A stretch of DNA of 39,151 nt from Chloroflexota bacterium (GTDB lineage: Bacteria > Chloroflexota > Anaerolineae > Anaerolineales > UBA4823): NCBI GenBank assembly GCA_017860725.1, contig JAGDMX010000011.1, positions 1 through 39,151 on the forward strand, in the 5' to 3' direction. The notes under the pieces are model-generated. The model saw only the letters and a list, made by a program, of their open reading frames with translations. It searched no databases and was not told where the DNA came from. Position numbers and translations under genes: made by a program. How positions within the stretch are numbered: position 1 is the stretch's first letter; each line of letters starts with the position of its first letter. Of this stretch, positions 25,704 through 35,345 are shown one piece after another.

Positions 25704-28700
25704 TTAATCTGTAAAAGTGTATTCCAAATCGTTATAATCTTCTTCGTGGTCCTCGTCACTGCCGGAGACGCTTAGTGAAGATGTCAGGTCTTTTTGCTTA
25801 CCTTCCTCTTCTAAGAAGCGCCCTTGGACGAAGCCTGTACCAGCCGGGATCAGCTTGCCGATGATCACGTTTTCCTTGAGTCCATACAGCGGATCCTGGG
25901 TGGATGCAATCGCCGCTCCTGCCAGAACTTTAATCGTATGTTGGAAGGAGGAAGCTGACAAGAAAGAGTCGGTGCTCAACGAGGCTTTGGTGATGCCTAG
26001 CAACATCTCAACGAATTTTGCCGGGCGTTTACCCTGGGTCAAAAGCTGCTCATTGACCCGCTTCAACTCCAGATAATCCACCAGATCTCCGGGCAGGAAA
26101 CCGCTGTCTCCAGGACGGGTAACCTGCACTTTAGACATCATTTTTCGAATGATAACTTCGAAATGCTTATCATTGATGTTCTGGCCTTGCGAGCGGTAGA
26201 CCTTCTGAACTTCGGATAACAGATACATCTGGCAGGCGATCCGCCCACGGATGCGCAGGACGCGGTGGGGGTTGAGCGAGCCTTCCGTCAACGGCTGACC
26301 GGCTTCGACATGGTCACCGTCCCTCACCAGGATGCGGGAGGTCGAAGGTATTTCGTATTCCTTCTCCTCGCGTGATTCATAAGCAATGATCACTTTTGAG
26401 TTGCTGGAGGCACCATTGCCCTCAGGGCTTGCCTCGATGCGGACACGCCCAGGATTTTGGGCATTAATCATCGCCACAGCATCCGAGCTGGTTTCGCTGG
26501 AGTAGGCAATCACATCTCCCTGGCTGACCTCGCTGCCATCTAAGACCGCGATTGTCCATCCCGCTGGAAGATCATACTCATCCTGGATCAACTCGCTGTG
26601 CTCGATATGGGCAATTCGCTGGTCGCTGTAGCGATCGGATTGCATGATCCGCACGCTGCCGCTAATTTCCGAAACAACAGCTTCGCCTTTGGGGGTCTTG
26701 CGGGCTTCAAACAGCTCTTCGACGCGCGGCAGACCGGTAGTGATATCGCCGCCGGCGGCAACACCACCGGTGTGGAAAGTTCGCAGCGTCAGCTGGGTGC
26801 CGGGCTCACCAATCGATTGTGCAGCCACAATGCCAACCGCAGATCCCATATCCACCATCTTGCCACGACCCAAATCCAAGCCGTAGCACTTGGTGCATAC
26901 GCCATGAGTCAGTTCGCATGTGAGCGGTGAACGAACCTTGACTTCCTCTACTTCGGATTGGGTAATCAGGCGCACCCGATGGTGGTCGAGAACATCGTCT
27001 CGGTCTGCCAGGATTTCCCCGGTATGCGGGTCGACAACACGCTCGGCGAGCAAACGACCATACAGGCGAGTGCCCATCGACTGGCCGGCAATATCATCTC
27101 TGCGCCGGATCACCAGTCCTTCCTGCGTATAGCAGTCCTCATCGTTGATGATGACATCTTGGGCGACATCGACCAGGCGCCGGGTGAGATAGCCTGCATC
27201 TGCAGTGCGCAGCGCGGTATCTGCCAGGCCTTTACGAGCACCATGCGTCGAGATGAAGTATTCCAGGGCATTCAAGCCTTCGCGAAAGTTCGAGCGAATC
27301 GGCAGTGGGATGATGCGCCCGGAAGGATCAGCCATCAGGCCACGCATGCCGGCCAGCTGAGAGATAGGTCCGAATCCACCTTTGGTGGCCCCAGAGATAG
27401 CCTGAGCAGCCAGGTTGCCGTTTGGATCCATCGACTTCTTAACTTCATCCGCGACCAGGTTCGTGGTGCGCTGCCAGATTTCAATCGTGCGCTCGTTCAT
27501 CTCTTGTTCAGTAAGTAACCCTCGCCGGAAATCACGGTTAACGACTTCGGCATCCGAAAGAGCCTGGTTGATAATCGTCTCTTTAGCGAGCGGTACAGAA
27601 ATATCGGAAACAGCCAGCGAGTAGCCAGAGATGGTGGCGTACTGGAACCCGATATCTTTGATAGCATCTGCAATATCGGGCGTCTGTTCTTCGCCGCTGA
27701 CTTCATACAGGTCGGCCATCAGATCTTTAAGCCCGCCTTTATCGAGCATCATATTGACGAAGCGGATATCTTCCGGGAGCACCCGGTTAAATAGGATGCG
27801 CCCAACGGTAGTGTCAATCAGACGTTCCTGTGCTTGTGGCAGCCGGTTGCCTAGATCGTCGTACCAGGTTTGCACCTTGAGTTTGATGTCTGCATGGATG
27901 TGCACCTGTTTTAGATGATAAGCTAGCTCGGCTTCATCCATATCGGCAAATATGCGACCATCGCCTTTGTGTTTCAGGTTATCGGATTTGGTCAGATAGT
28001 AAACACCCAGCACCATATCCTTCGAAGGACTGATGATTGGCTCACCATCCGCGGGCTTGAGCAGGTTGCGGGATGAAAGCATTAACTGTCGCGCTTCCCA
28101 AACGGCTCTTTGAGAGAGTGGCACATGCACCGCCATCTGATCTCCGTCAAAGTCGGCATTGAAAGCAGTCGTGACTAGGGGGTGCAGTTGAATTGCACTG
28201 CCTTCGATCAAGATCGGTTCGAAGGCCTGGATGCCCAGACGATGCAGGGTAGGCGCTCGGTTCAGCAGAACCGGGCGCTCTTTAATCACCTCTTCCAGGA
28301 CTTCCCAAACTTCTGGGCGATTGCGTTCGATAAACCGCTTGGCGCCCTTGACATTGGCTGCATAGTTATGCGACACCAGACGTGAGATCACAAAAGGCCG
28401 GTACAGCTCAAGCGCCATGGTCTTGGGTAGACCACATTGATACAACTTTAGCTTTGGGCCTACGACAATGACTGAACGGCCAGAATAATCGACGCGCTTG
28501 CCAAGCAGGTTGCGGCGGAAGCGGCCCTTTTTACCTTTCAACATATCGCTCAATGACTTCAGCTCGCGCCGTCCACGGCGGGAGAGAGCTTTGCCGCGCT
28601 GGGAGTTATCGATCAGCGAGTCCACCGCCTCTTGAAGCATACGCTTCTCATTGCGCACGATGACATCCGGCGCGCCTAATTCCAGTAGACGCTTGAGGCG

Positions 28701-30032
28701 GTTGTTGCGGTTAATCACCCGGCGGTAGAGATCGTTCAAGTCGGAGGTGGCAAACCGGCCGCCATCTAGCTGCACCATCGGACGTAAGTCCGGCGGGATG
28801 ACCGGCAGGACTGTCAGCACCATCCATTCCGGACGGTTGCCGGAACGGCGAAAAGCCTCCACGACCTTCAGGCGCTTGGTAGCTTTCCTGCGTTTCTGCT
28901 TGCTCCGTGAGGTGCGCACTTCGTGCCATAGCTCTTCAGCCAGCTTATCCAGATCCATGCGTCGGAGAATGTCGTAAAAGGCTTCGGCACCCATATCGGC
29001 CCGGAATACCTGGCCCCAGCGAGATTTAAGCTCGCGGAAGCGCGTCTCTCCCATAAATGTCAGTGGGCGCAGCTCCAGCAGCTCGTCTCGCAAACGTGCA
29101 TTTTCATCGCGTGCTGCATCCGATTGGTCGTCTAGCTGCATGCGTAGTTGTTCCATGCCTAAGTCGGCTTCAGCCCGGATTTTTTCTGCTTCCATTCGGA
29201 CGTGTTCTAATTCGCGCTGTTTTTGATCCTTAAGCTCGCTTTCCAGATCCTCCAGCCGCTGCTTAACCACGCTCTGCACCGTCGATATGTGTTGTGTAGC
29301 GATGGTCTCGCCCGCGTTGACAATAATAATATCGGTATCAGGGAAGAGGATCTCGGTCCGGGTTGTTTTGCCGGTCTGCTCGCGCAGGTTGGCCTCGGTG
29401 CGCTGACCTGCCTTAATGATCGGATCCAGTTTTTCGGCAATCATCTCATCGAAACGCTGTTCGATGGTCAGCTTGCGCTGTTGCAGCTCGTGGAGATGGC
29501 GATCTCGCCCCGCTTTGAGTTCTGCAATCTTGGTATTGATCTTGGCAGCTTGTTCCCGTTCTGTGACGGTGATCTTTTCTTCCAAGCGTTTAAGTGCTTT
29601 CTGCCGTGATTCTTCATCTACAAAGGTGACCACGTACTGGGCGAAGTATAGTACCCGGTCTAGGTTTCGCCGGGAGATGTCGAGTAATAAACCGAGGTAA
29701 GAGGGGATGCGGCGGGTATACCAGACATGGGCGACTGGCGCTGCCAGCTCAATGTGCCCCATCCGTTCGCGACGAACCGATGAGCGAGTTACTTCTACAC
29801 CGCACTTATCGCAGATAATTCCTTTATAACGAATGTTACGATATTTGCCACAGTAACATTGCCAGTCACGCGTCGGGCCGAAGATGGCCTCACAAAACAA
29901 GCCATCCTTTTCGGGCCGCAGGCGACGGTAGTTGATCGTCTCGGGCTTAAGCACCTCCCCGTAAGACCACGAGCGAATGGTCTCGGGCGATGCCAGGCTA
30001 ATACGAAGCGACTTCAAACCTTTTGTTTCCAC
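25704..30032 (-). CDS. rpoC: DNA-directed RNA polymerase subunit beta-prime
   Basis: 1442-aa ORF. It has the zinc-ribbon [14 protein letters not shown], the catalytic [12 protein letters not shown], the trigger-loop RTFHTGGVA, and the bridge-helix region. GTG start with GGAGG 6 nt upstream. Confidence 0.97.
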   Translation of the reverse strand: METKGLKSLRISLASPETIRSWSYGEVLKPETINYRRLRPEKDGLFCEAIFGPTRDWQCYCGKYRNIRYKGIICDKCGVEVTRSSVRRERMGHIELAAPVAHVWYTRRIPSYLGLLLDISRRNLDRVLYFAQYVVTFVDEESRQKALKRLEEKITVTEREQAAKINTKIAELKAGRDRHLHELQQRKLTIEQRFDEMIAEKLDPIIKAGQRTEANLREQTGKTTRTEILFPDTDIIIVNAGETIATQHISTVQSVVKQRLEDLESELKDQKQRELEHVRMEAEKIRAEADLGMEQLRMQLDDQSDAARDENARLRDELLELRPLTFMGETRFRELKSRWGQVFRADMGAEAFYDILRRMDLDKLAEELWHEVRTSRSKQKRRKATKRLKVVEAFRRSGNRPEWMVLTVLPVIPPDLRPMVQLDGGRFATSDLNDLYRRVINRNNRLKRLLELGAPDVIVRNEKRMLQEAVDSLIDNSQRGKALSRRGRRELKSLSDMLKGKKGRFRRNLLGKRVDYSGRSVIVVGPKLKLYQCGLPKTMALELYRPFVISRLVSHNYAANVKGAKRFIERNRPEVWEVLEEVIKERPVLLNRAPTLHRLGIQAFEPILIEGSAIQLHPLVTTAFNADFDGDQMAVHVPLSQRAVWEARQLMLSSRNLLKPADGEPIISPSKDMVLGVYYLTKSDNLKHKGDGRIFADMDEAELAYHLKQVHIHADIKLKVQTWYDDLGNRLPQAQERLIDTTVGRILFNRVLPEDIRFVNMMLDKGGLKDLMADLYEVSGEEQTPDIADAIKDIGFQYATISGYSLAVSDISVPLAKETIINQALSDAEVVNRDFRRGLLTEQEMNERTIEIWQRTTNLVADEVKKSMDPNGNLAAQAISGATKGGFGPISQLAGMRGLMADPSGRIIPLPIRSNFREGLNALEYFISTHGARKGLADTALRTADAGYLTRRLVDVAQDVIINDEDCYTQEGLVIRRRDDIAGQSMGTRLYGRLLAERVVDPHTGEILADRDDVLDHHRVRLITQSEVEEVKVRSPLTCELTHGVCTKCYGLDLGRGKMVDMGSAVGIVAAQSIGEPGTQLTLRTFHTGGVAAGGDITTGLPRVEELFEARKTPKGEAVVSEISGSVRIMQSDRYSDQRIAHIEHSELIQDEYDLPAGWTIAVLDGSEVSQGDVIAYSSETSSDAVAMINAQNPGRVRIEASPEGNGASSNSKVIIAYESREEKEYEIPSTSRILVRDGDHVEAGQPLTEGSLNPHRVLRIRGRIACQMYLLSEVQKVYRSQGQNINDKHFEVIIRKMMSKVQVTRPGDSGFLPGDLVDYLELKRVNEQLLTQGKRPAKFVEMLLGITKASLSTDSFLSASSFQHTIKVLAGAAIASTQDPLYGLKENVIIGKLIPAGTGFVQGRFLEEEGKQKDLTSSLSVSGSDEDHEEDYNDLEYTFTD

Positions 30033-30212
30033 TTATGCCTCCTGAACCGGTCTATTGTGCTCTGTGGCGTATTCACAAGTCCGAACCCGGGTTGACAAAC
30101 CGACATATCCCCACCTGCTCATCCTACCGGAGAAGCTGGCTGCTGTTCAGTAAATGTAAAAATCTGTCTACAGAGATCGAGGTATTTATCCAGAACAAAT
30201 GTGCTATTGATG

Positions 30213-30258
30213 AGACAAACAAATAGCAGCGCATGAGATTCGTTCTCAAGCGCTCTAT
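30213..30258 (-). terminator. Terminator-like hairpin plus U-tract between the kinase gene and rpoC
   Basis: The reverse strand reads AUAGAGCGCUUGAGA-acgaa-UCUCAUGCGCUGCUAU, about 14 bp with one bulge and one mismatch, followed by UUGUUUGU. It lies about 100 nt downstream of the kinase stop and about 40 nt downstream of a strong promoter-like motif. Confidence 0.45.
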
Positions 30259-30297
30259 GCTGAAACTCCATAATTCATTCTATATCCGTGACTGGTT

Positions 30298-30327
30298 ATT
30301 ATAACAACCTTGGGTATGTTTGGTCAA
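30298..30327 (-). promoter_or_regulatory. Near-consensus sigma70-type promoter (TTGACC-N18-TATAAT) upstream of rpoC
   Basis: On the reverse strand, TTGACC (30327..30322) is followed by an 18-nt spacer and TATAAT (30303..30298). This implies an rpoC leader of about 260 nt, or a short independent transcript. Confidence 0.45.
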
Positions 30328-30354
30328 GGTATAGAAGGTTAGGTTAATAAAGTT

Positions 30355-33300
30355 TTACTTTTTCTTGGGCTCCGGTTTAAGCCCCTGAATGGGGATGGAT
30401 AGGAAGAAGGTACTGCCTTTCCCCAATTGGCTCTCCACCCAAACCTGCCCGCTGTGCCTCTCCGCGATGGATTTGACGATTGCTATTCCTAAACCAGTGC
30501 TGCGCGACTCCCGAGAGCCAGGCTGGGGGCTGTTATAGTATTTGTCGAATAAGCGTGCCTGATCCATTGGTGAGATCCCAATCCCCGAGTCTTTTATCTC
30601 GAACACGACTCGATCTGTTCGAGTTTGCACACTCACGGAGACAATCCCTTCATTCCGATTGAACTTGATGGCGTTATCTACCAGGTTGTAGATTGCCTGC
30701 TGCATCAATGCAGGATCGGCTTCAATACGAGGGAGAGAAGTCGGGATATCTACTTTAACTTGAATATGTTTTTGGGCAGCCTGCACGCTTAATGCAGTGA
30801 CAACTGGCTCGATAATCTCTGATACGGTAGTTTGCTCGAGCTTTAGTCCAATCCCTGCTCCAATACGGCTAAGATCCAACAGGTTCGTAACCAGGCGTGA
30901 CATGATCTCGACACTGGATAGGATTTTTTGCACATAACCGACTTGTTGATCGTTGAGCTGCCCGACCATTTCCAACATCGTGGTATAGCCGCGAATTAGA
31001 GTCAGCGGCGAGCGCAAATCATGGCTAACCGTAGATACAAATTCGGACTTAAGTGTATCCAGCTCCTTGAATCGGGTCACATCACGAAGGATGCACACCC
31101 GACCTACACGCTGACCTTCTGCCAGTACAGGTGTAGCCGTTGCCAGGTAGACTTTTCCATCAGGAAGCGTAATCTCGACCGTCTGATTTTCATCGCTGGA
31201 GTTACGCAGTAAATCCACAAGCTCTTTTTGGGCGATTACACTTTCAATTGGCTGACCTATATCGGTATGAATCCCTAATCCCAATACCTGCCAGGCGGCT
31301 GGATTCGCCAGCAGCAAACGGTTGTGCTGGTCCGTCACCAGAATCGGATCGGGATTGGCATCCAGAATTGCTGCCAGCCGCTGGCGCCCAATCTCGGAGC
31401 TTTGATAGAGACGAGCATTGGCGGCTGCCAGGGTAGCCTGGTTGCCGAGGGTAATCAGGAAGCGGACTTCTTCATTTGTAAAACGGTGTGGCTGGTCGTA
31501 GGCTACCCAAAATGCTCCATAATACAAATTTTCATGGCGCAGTGCAACCGCCATCAGGGATGCAGGGGCAGGTGAATTAAACGGCAGGTTAAACAACCGC
31601 GGTCTTTGAAGATTGCCCAGCACCAACTTATCCTGTTGTCGAGTAAACGCCAGGATTTGCTCGTCCAAGGCAGCATACTGCCCGTCGGCAGGTCCGGATG
31701 AGAAGCACACCGGCTTGGCCGGAATCTGGGAAAATCCTGGCATGACAGACGGGACAAGCACCACACGAACCGCCGATGCGCCTGTAGACAAAGCCGAGTC
31801 CAGGATCGGCTGGATAGCATCAGATATATCAAGACTGGCGGACACACTCTGACTGACAGCCAACAGGCGACTTTGTTCTTCCATGCGGGCTTTTAAATTC
31901 AAGCGCATCTTCTCGATTGAAAGGCGCAGCTCACCTAGCTCGTCGTCGCCTCCTAAGGTCAATGGTTCATCCAGTTTTCCCTGTGTGATCGCGCTAGATT
32001 CATTCGTCAGTTTTTTCAAAGAAGAAGTCAGTGGTCCAAGTGTAGATTGCAGAATCCATACCCCACAAACGACGACCAGAAGGACAATCCCTAAGAGGGG
32101 TAGCGCGATCTCTAGCGCAATTTTTTGGGTGAGCTCGGCCGGCACCGTCAGTGCGATATACCACGGAAATCCAACAGCAGGCATGAAGTAAACCAAGCGG
32201 CGTGCCCCATCCGGTCCGGTGTCATCGTAATAGCGGGGTACTTCCCCGACATCTTCGTCATACTCTTCCATCACCATCGTGTTATCAGAATGCGCTAGGA
32301 TGCGGTAATTTTCGTCTAACAGGATCCCCGTTCCGCCGGCTGCTTCAAATGCGTTCAGCCCTGCCAATAAAGGTTGGGTGAAAGGGTTGGTTGCCAGATC
32401 TGTACGGCCGATCAAAACTGCCGGTTCGGCATCGGAGTCATTCTCAACTGGGGAGATAAATGTCACCTGTGCTGTCTCATCACCGATGCCAGGAGCGATT
32501 GCGTAGATTTGACCGGGGACACCAGCATTGGCAAACTGATAGCCAATTTGTTCCTCCGCAGGTGCCAGATTGAGATTGTAACTATTATTTGGGTAACCCG
32601 CAATCAAGCTACCGTTTGAATCGAGGAGGTATAACTGCCGGAAAAATTGAATGCGTTCAAAAAGCTCTCTCAAATCTGCTACGGGCTTACCAGGCTCAAC
32701 AGACGATAGTTGGACGTCATCGGCTATCTGGTCCAGTAATTTCTGACCACTGCTAAGAAAATAGGGGATATTATTGGCGGCCATCTCAGCCGCGTTGGCC
32801 ATCCGGATTTTCAGCATCGTGTTGGCTGCCTTACCGGCAAAATACCAGGTGCCTGCCATCAAGACGAATACCAACATCAACGCTAACGGTCCAAGGCGAT
32901 ATAAAATTCTGGCTTGCACGCTGCGCTCAGAAGGTGATGGCTCTAGTGGCTGCTGCCCGCCCCAGGCGGTCGGTAACATTACAGCTACAACCTGGGCAAA
33001 TAAGCCGGCAACCATTAGCTCAATGCCAATCACCAGGGTGGCCTCCCCGACGTGCGTCAGCGCATAATCCAGGCGGCTGGCGATTGATCCCTGGGATATT
33101 AAAATTTGATCGATAAAGAAGAGCACAGGAAAGACGAGAGTAAGGCCTAATGCAGAAACCAGGGGTTGAGCCAGTGTGCGGAAGAAGGGAGTCCGATAGC
33201 GTTGGTAGGCAATGAAACTGAATAAGAGTGCTAACCAGGCGTATTCCAGCGGTGTAGCTAGGCTGTAAGTGACCCACAGGGCGCGCAGCAACCCGGCAAC

Positions 33301-33654
33301 AAACGCCAGTACAATCCCCGGAGTGGGTCCCAACAAGCCCGCGGCCAGCATCCAGGGAACTGCAGATAGGATCATGACCGAGCTACCTGGTGTATCAACA
33401 GGAAAATATTGCTGTGTCAATGTCCCTGCAGCAGGAATTCCCAGCCCTAAAAACAACGAGGTTACCGGAACTGCCAGAGCTAACATAAAAAAGATCAGCC
33501 GGGATTGGCGAGTAGAAGGCTTGTCATAGCGCCGCATATACCATCCCAGATAGACAATCCCCCCAATCTGGAAAACCCAGATTAACCATCCCAGCCAATC
33601 CTTGGGAAAGTGGAAAGTTATATCATTTGCGTAAAGAGAGAATATAAATTCCAT
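30355..33654 (-). CDS. Large multi-domain sensor histidine kinase (polytopic N-terminus, extracytoplasmic domain, HAMP, GAF-like, PAS, HisKA, HATPase_c)
   Basis: 1099-aa ORF with about 8 N-terminal TM segments, a soluble loop, then another TM. The H-box is FVSTVSHDLRSPLTLIRGY. The N/G boxes are VDNAIKF, IKDSGIGI and GLGIAIVKSIAERHSG. No response-regulator gene is adjacent. Confidence 0.9.
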   Translation of the reverse strand: MEFIFSLYANDITFHFPKDWLGWLIWVFQIGGIVYLGWYMRRYDKPSTRQSRLIFFMLALAVPVTSLFLGLGIPAAGTLTQQYFPVDTPGSSVMILSAVPWMLAAGLLGPTPGIVLAFVAGLLRALWVTYSLATPLEYAWLALLFSFIAYQRYRTPFFRTLAQPLVSALGLTLVFPVLFFIDQILISQGSIASRLDYALTHVGEATLVIGIELMVAGLFAQVVAVMLPTAWGGQQPLEPSPSERSVQARILYRLGPLALMLVFVLMAGTWYFAGKAANTMLKIRMANAAEMAANNIPYFLSSGQKLLDQIADDVQLSSVEPGKPVADLRELFERIQFFRQLYLLDSNGSLIAGYPNNSYNLNLAPAEEQIGYQFANAGVPGQIYAIAPGIGDETAQVTFISPVENDSDAEPAVLIGRTDLATNPFTQPLLAGLNAFEAAGGTGILLDENYRILAHSDNTMVMEEYDEDVGEVPRYYDDTGPDGARRLVYFMPAVGFPWYIALTVPAELTQKIALEIALPLLGIVLLVVVCGVWILQSTLGPLTSSLKKLTNESSAITQGKLDEPLTLGGDDELGELRLSIEKMRLNLKARMEEQSRLLAVSQSVSASLDISDAIQPILDSALSTGASAVRVVLVPSVMPGFSQIPAKPVCFSSGPADGQYAALDEQILAFTRQQDKLVLGNLQRPRLFNLPFNSPAPASLMAVALRHENLYYGAFWVAYDQPHRFTNEEVRFLITLGNQATLAAANARLYQSSEIGRQRLAAILDANPDPILVTDQHNRLLLANPAAWQVLGLGIHTDIGQPIESVIAQKELVDLLRNSSDENQTVEITLPDGKVYLATATPVLAEGQRVGRVCILRDVTRFKELDTLKSEFVSTVSHDLRSPLTLIRGYTTMLEMVGQLNDQQVGYVQKILSSVEIMSRLVTNLLDLSRIGAGIGLKLEQTTVSEIIEPVVTALSVQAAQKHIQVKVDIPTSLPRIEADPALMQQAIYNLVDNAIKFNRNEGIVSVSVQTRTDRVVFEIKDSGIGISPMDQARLFDKYYNSPQPGSRESRSTGLGIAIVKSIAERHSGQVWVESQLGKGSTFFLSIPIQGLKPEPKKK

Positions 33655-33668
33655 GGGATGAATTAATT

Positions 33669-33730
33669 AACTTCAGTTCGGGTGTAAGGAAAAATAAACC
33701 CAAAATCCTTATATCCCGAATTCACGTTAA
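33669..33730 (+). repeat. Intergenic repeat family, copy B (imperfect inverted repeat / hairpin element)
   Basis: AACTTCAGTTCGGGTGTAAGGA-aaaATAAACCCAAaa-TCCTTATATCCCGAATTCACGTTAA. The arms are mutually complementary, and the core and right arm match copies A and C. It is flanked by AATT on both sides. Confidence 0.6.
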
Positions 33731-33790
33731 TTATACTCAGACTTTGTCTGCCAGGGCACACATTTTTTTTTGAATGGTGAAATCATTTAG

Positions 33791-34525
33791 CTATGTCCAC
33801 TCAATTGTGTCTTGGGTGGCTTTGCTGAGATCGGCGTAAACCCCACGGCGGTATTCCGGGAGCAGGCTGGCCAGGATGTACATGGCCTCATCGGTCATCT
33901 GGCGCAATTGAGCGCCTCCAGCACGCTGAAATTCGGATCGATAGCGAAATGGTCGACCAAAGCGCAAACTGGCACCTGGTTCTCGCCAGGCGGCGGTGTA
34001 TCTGAGCGCCGGGAAACCGATTGTGCCGTCTACTGCTACCGGGATGACAGGAGCCTGGCCGCGGCTGGCCAGGTAAGCCACACCTTCCTTGCCTTGTTGT
34101 AGCTCTGGTCCGCGAGTTCCTTCTGGTGCAACAAGAACGATTTGGCCCGCCCGTAATACTTCCATGACTTGCTGGACGGCTCGCCGATCGATTTCTTCCC
34201 TCTTTACGGGGATCACCCCCCAAATCTTAGGGAATATTCCCACCAGCGGATAATCGTAAACCTCTCGCTTTGCTAATGGGACGATATTGCGCGGCAGCAC
34301 GTGCAATACCACAAACGGATCGATAAATGCGATGTGGTTGATCATCACGATTGCCGGTCCTACGGGCGGAACATTCTCTAAGCCTTCAACTCGGTCAAGT
34401 TTTGCTAAAAGCGTGAATCCAATATATTTTAAGAGAAAACGTAAAACCCGCCTGCGCGTCTCAAAATGTGCATGGCTATAACCGGATGTGGCGCTAATTT
34501 CGTGTTCGACCTGATCAACTGCCAT
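33791..34525 (-). CDS. 1-acyl-sn-glycerol-3-phosphate acyltransferase family protein (PlsC/LPLAT), paralogue 1
   Basis: It has the HX4D motif MINHIAFIDP and the second block VAPEGTRG. I trimmed the start from the track position 34597 to ATG 34525 (MAVDQVEH), because the first 24 codons are read through repeat copy C. Confidence 0.8.
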   Translation of the reverse strand: MAVDQVEHEISATSGYSHAHFETRRRVLRFLLKYIGFTLLAKLDRVEGLENVPPVGPAIVMINHIAFIDPFVVLHVLPRNIVPLAKREVYDYPLVGIFPKIWGVIPVKREEIDRRAVQQVMEVLRAGQIVLVAPEGTRGPELQQGKEGVAYLASRGQAPVIPVAVDGTIGFPALRYTAAWREPGASLRFGRPFRYRSEFQRAGGAQLRQMTDEAMYILASLLPEYRRGVYADLSKATQDTIEWT

Positions 34526-34550
34526 TAGATTGCACCTGATTATGTAACCT

Positions 34551-34622
34551 AACGTCAGTTCGGGATAAGGAAAAAAGAGGTGTTTTGATAAACCCAATAT
34601 CCTTTTATCCCGAATTCACGTT
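34551..34622 (+). repeat. Intergenic repeat family, copy C (imperfect inverted repeat / hairpin element)
   Basis: AACGTCAGTTCGGGATAAGG-aaaaaagAGGTGTTTTGATAAACCCAATAT-CCTTTTATCCCGAATTCACGTT. AACCT lies directly adjacent on both sides (34546..34550 and 34623..34627). Confidence 0.6.
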
Positions 34623-34625
34623 AAC

Positions 34626-35345
34626 CTATAAATGATAAACACCTTGATACTCAATTGGTAGCTGTTTAGCCAGATTTCGCATGATAGTTTGAGTGCCATT
34701 CGCTAAACTGGATCGCCAATCACTTCCCTGGTCAAGTTTGAATACTGGTCCAATGGTCACAGTGATATGGGAACGCCGCAGACGCTTTATATTACCGTAA
34801 ATCTGTCGATTGCGGCTACCGGTAAAGGTGATGGGTAGGATCAGTGCATCGGCCTTGAGCGCCAGGTAAGCCGCTCCTTCGGTGCCTGCTTCCAGGGCGC
34901 CGGTCACACTTTCACGTCCCTCGGGCGCTAAGGCAACAACCCGTCCCTCTGCCAATGCCTGGATTACAGAGCGTATGGCACGCCGGTCTGGCTGACCGCG
35001 GTGAATCCAGATCACTCCATATGCATCCAGCAGGGCGCCAAAGATAGGTATTTCGTGGAGTTCGATTTTTGCCACAATCTCTACCGGGATCGGGGAAAGG
35101 CTGATGCCAATGATCGCGTCTGCATCGCCCAGGTGGTTGGAAACCACCAGGAAAGGCCCGCTCGGGGGGATATTTTCCCGGCCGGCGATTTGTACATCTG
35201 CAAACAACCAAGTGAAAACCCTGCTGATGAAAGCGATCAGTCGGCGCAGGAACCTTCTGCCAGTAGTCAGCCTCGGCAGGTGGACGATCTCGGGGCGCGA
35301 GATTGCACTGCTAGGCTTGGGGTTTGGTGAGCTGGTTGTTGCCAT
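34626..35345 (-). CDS. PlsC/LPLAT family acyltransferase, paralogue 2
   Basis: 239-aa ORF. It has HX4D in VVSNHLGDADA and the second block LAPEGRES. Confidence 0.8.
   Translation of the reverse strand: MATTSSPNPKPSSAISRPEIVHLPRLTTGRRFLRRLIAFISRVFTWLFADVQIAGRENIPPSGPFLVVSNHLGDADAIIGISLSPIPVEIVAKIELHEIPIFGALLDAYGVIWIHRGQPDRRAIRSVIQALAEGRVVALAPEGRESVTGALEAGTEGAAYLALKADALILPITFTGSRNRQIYGNIKRLRRSHITVTIGPVFKLDQGSDWRSSLANGTQTIMRNLAKQLPIEYQGVYHL

Noticed and set aside
30023-30226. A 67-aa plus-strand ORF, and a 57-aa minus-strand ORF (ATG near 30270), within the rpoC upstream spacer.
   Set aside because: The region is AT-rich, neither ORF has an RBS, and neither has a recognisable motif. The plus-strand ORF overlaps the rpoC start and RBS. 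I treat both as non-coding.
33731-33790. A T9 run preceded by a weak GTCTG/CACAC pairing on the plus strand just after repeat copy B. I considered it as a terminator for a plus-strand small RNA made from the repeat.
   Set aside because: The stem is only about 5 bp with a mismatch, and I found no convincing plus-strand promoter upstream. I mention it only as context for the repeat finding.
34526-34597. The N-terminal 24 codons of the track ORF 33791..34597 (MGLSKHLFFPYPELTLGYIIRCNL).
   Set aside because: These codons are read straight through repeat copy C, which also occurs in non-coding contexts. The internal ATG at 34525 gives a normal PlsC N-terminus.
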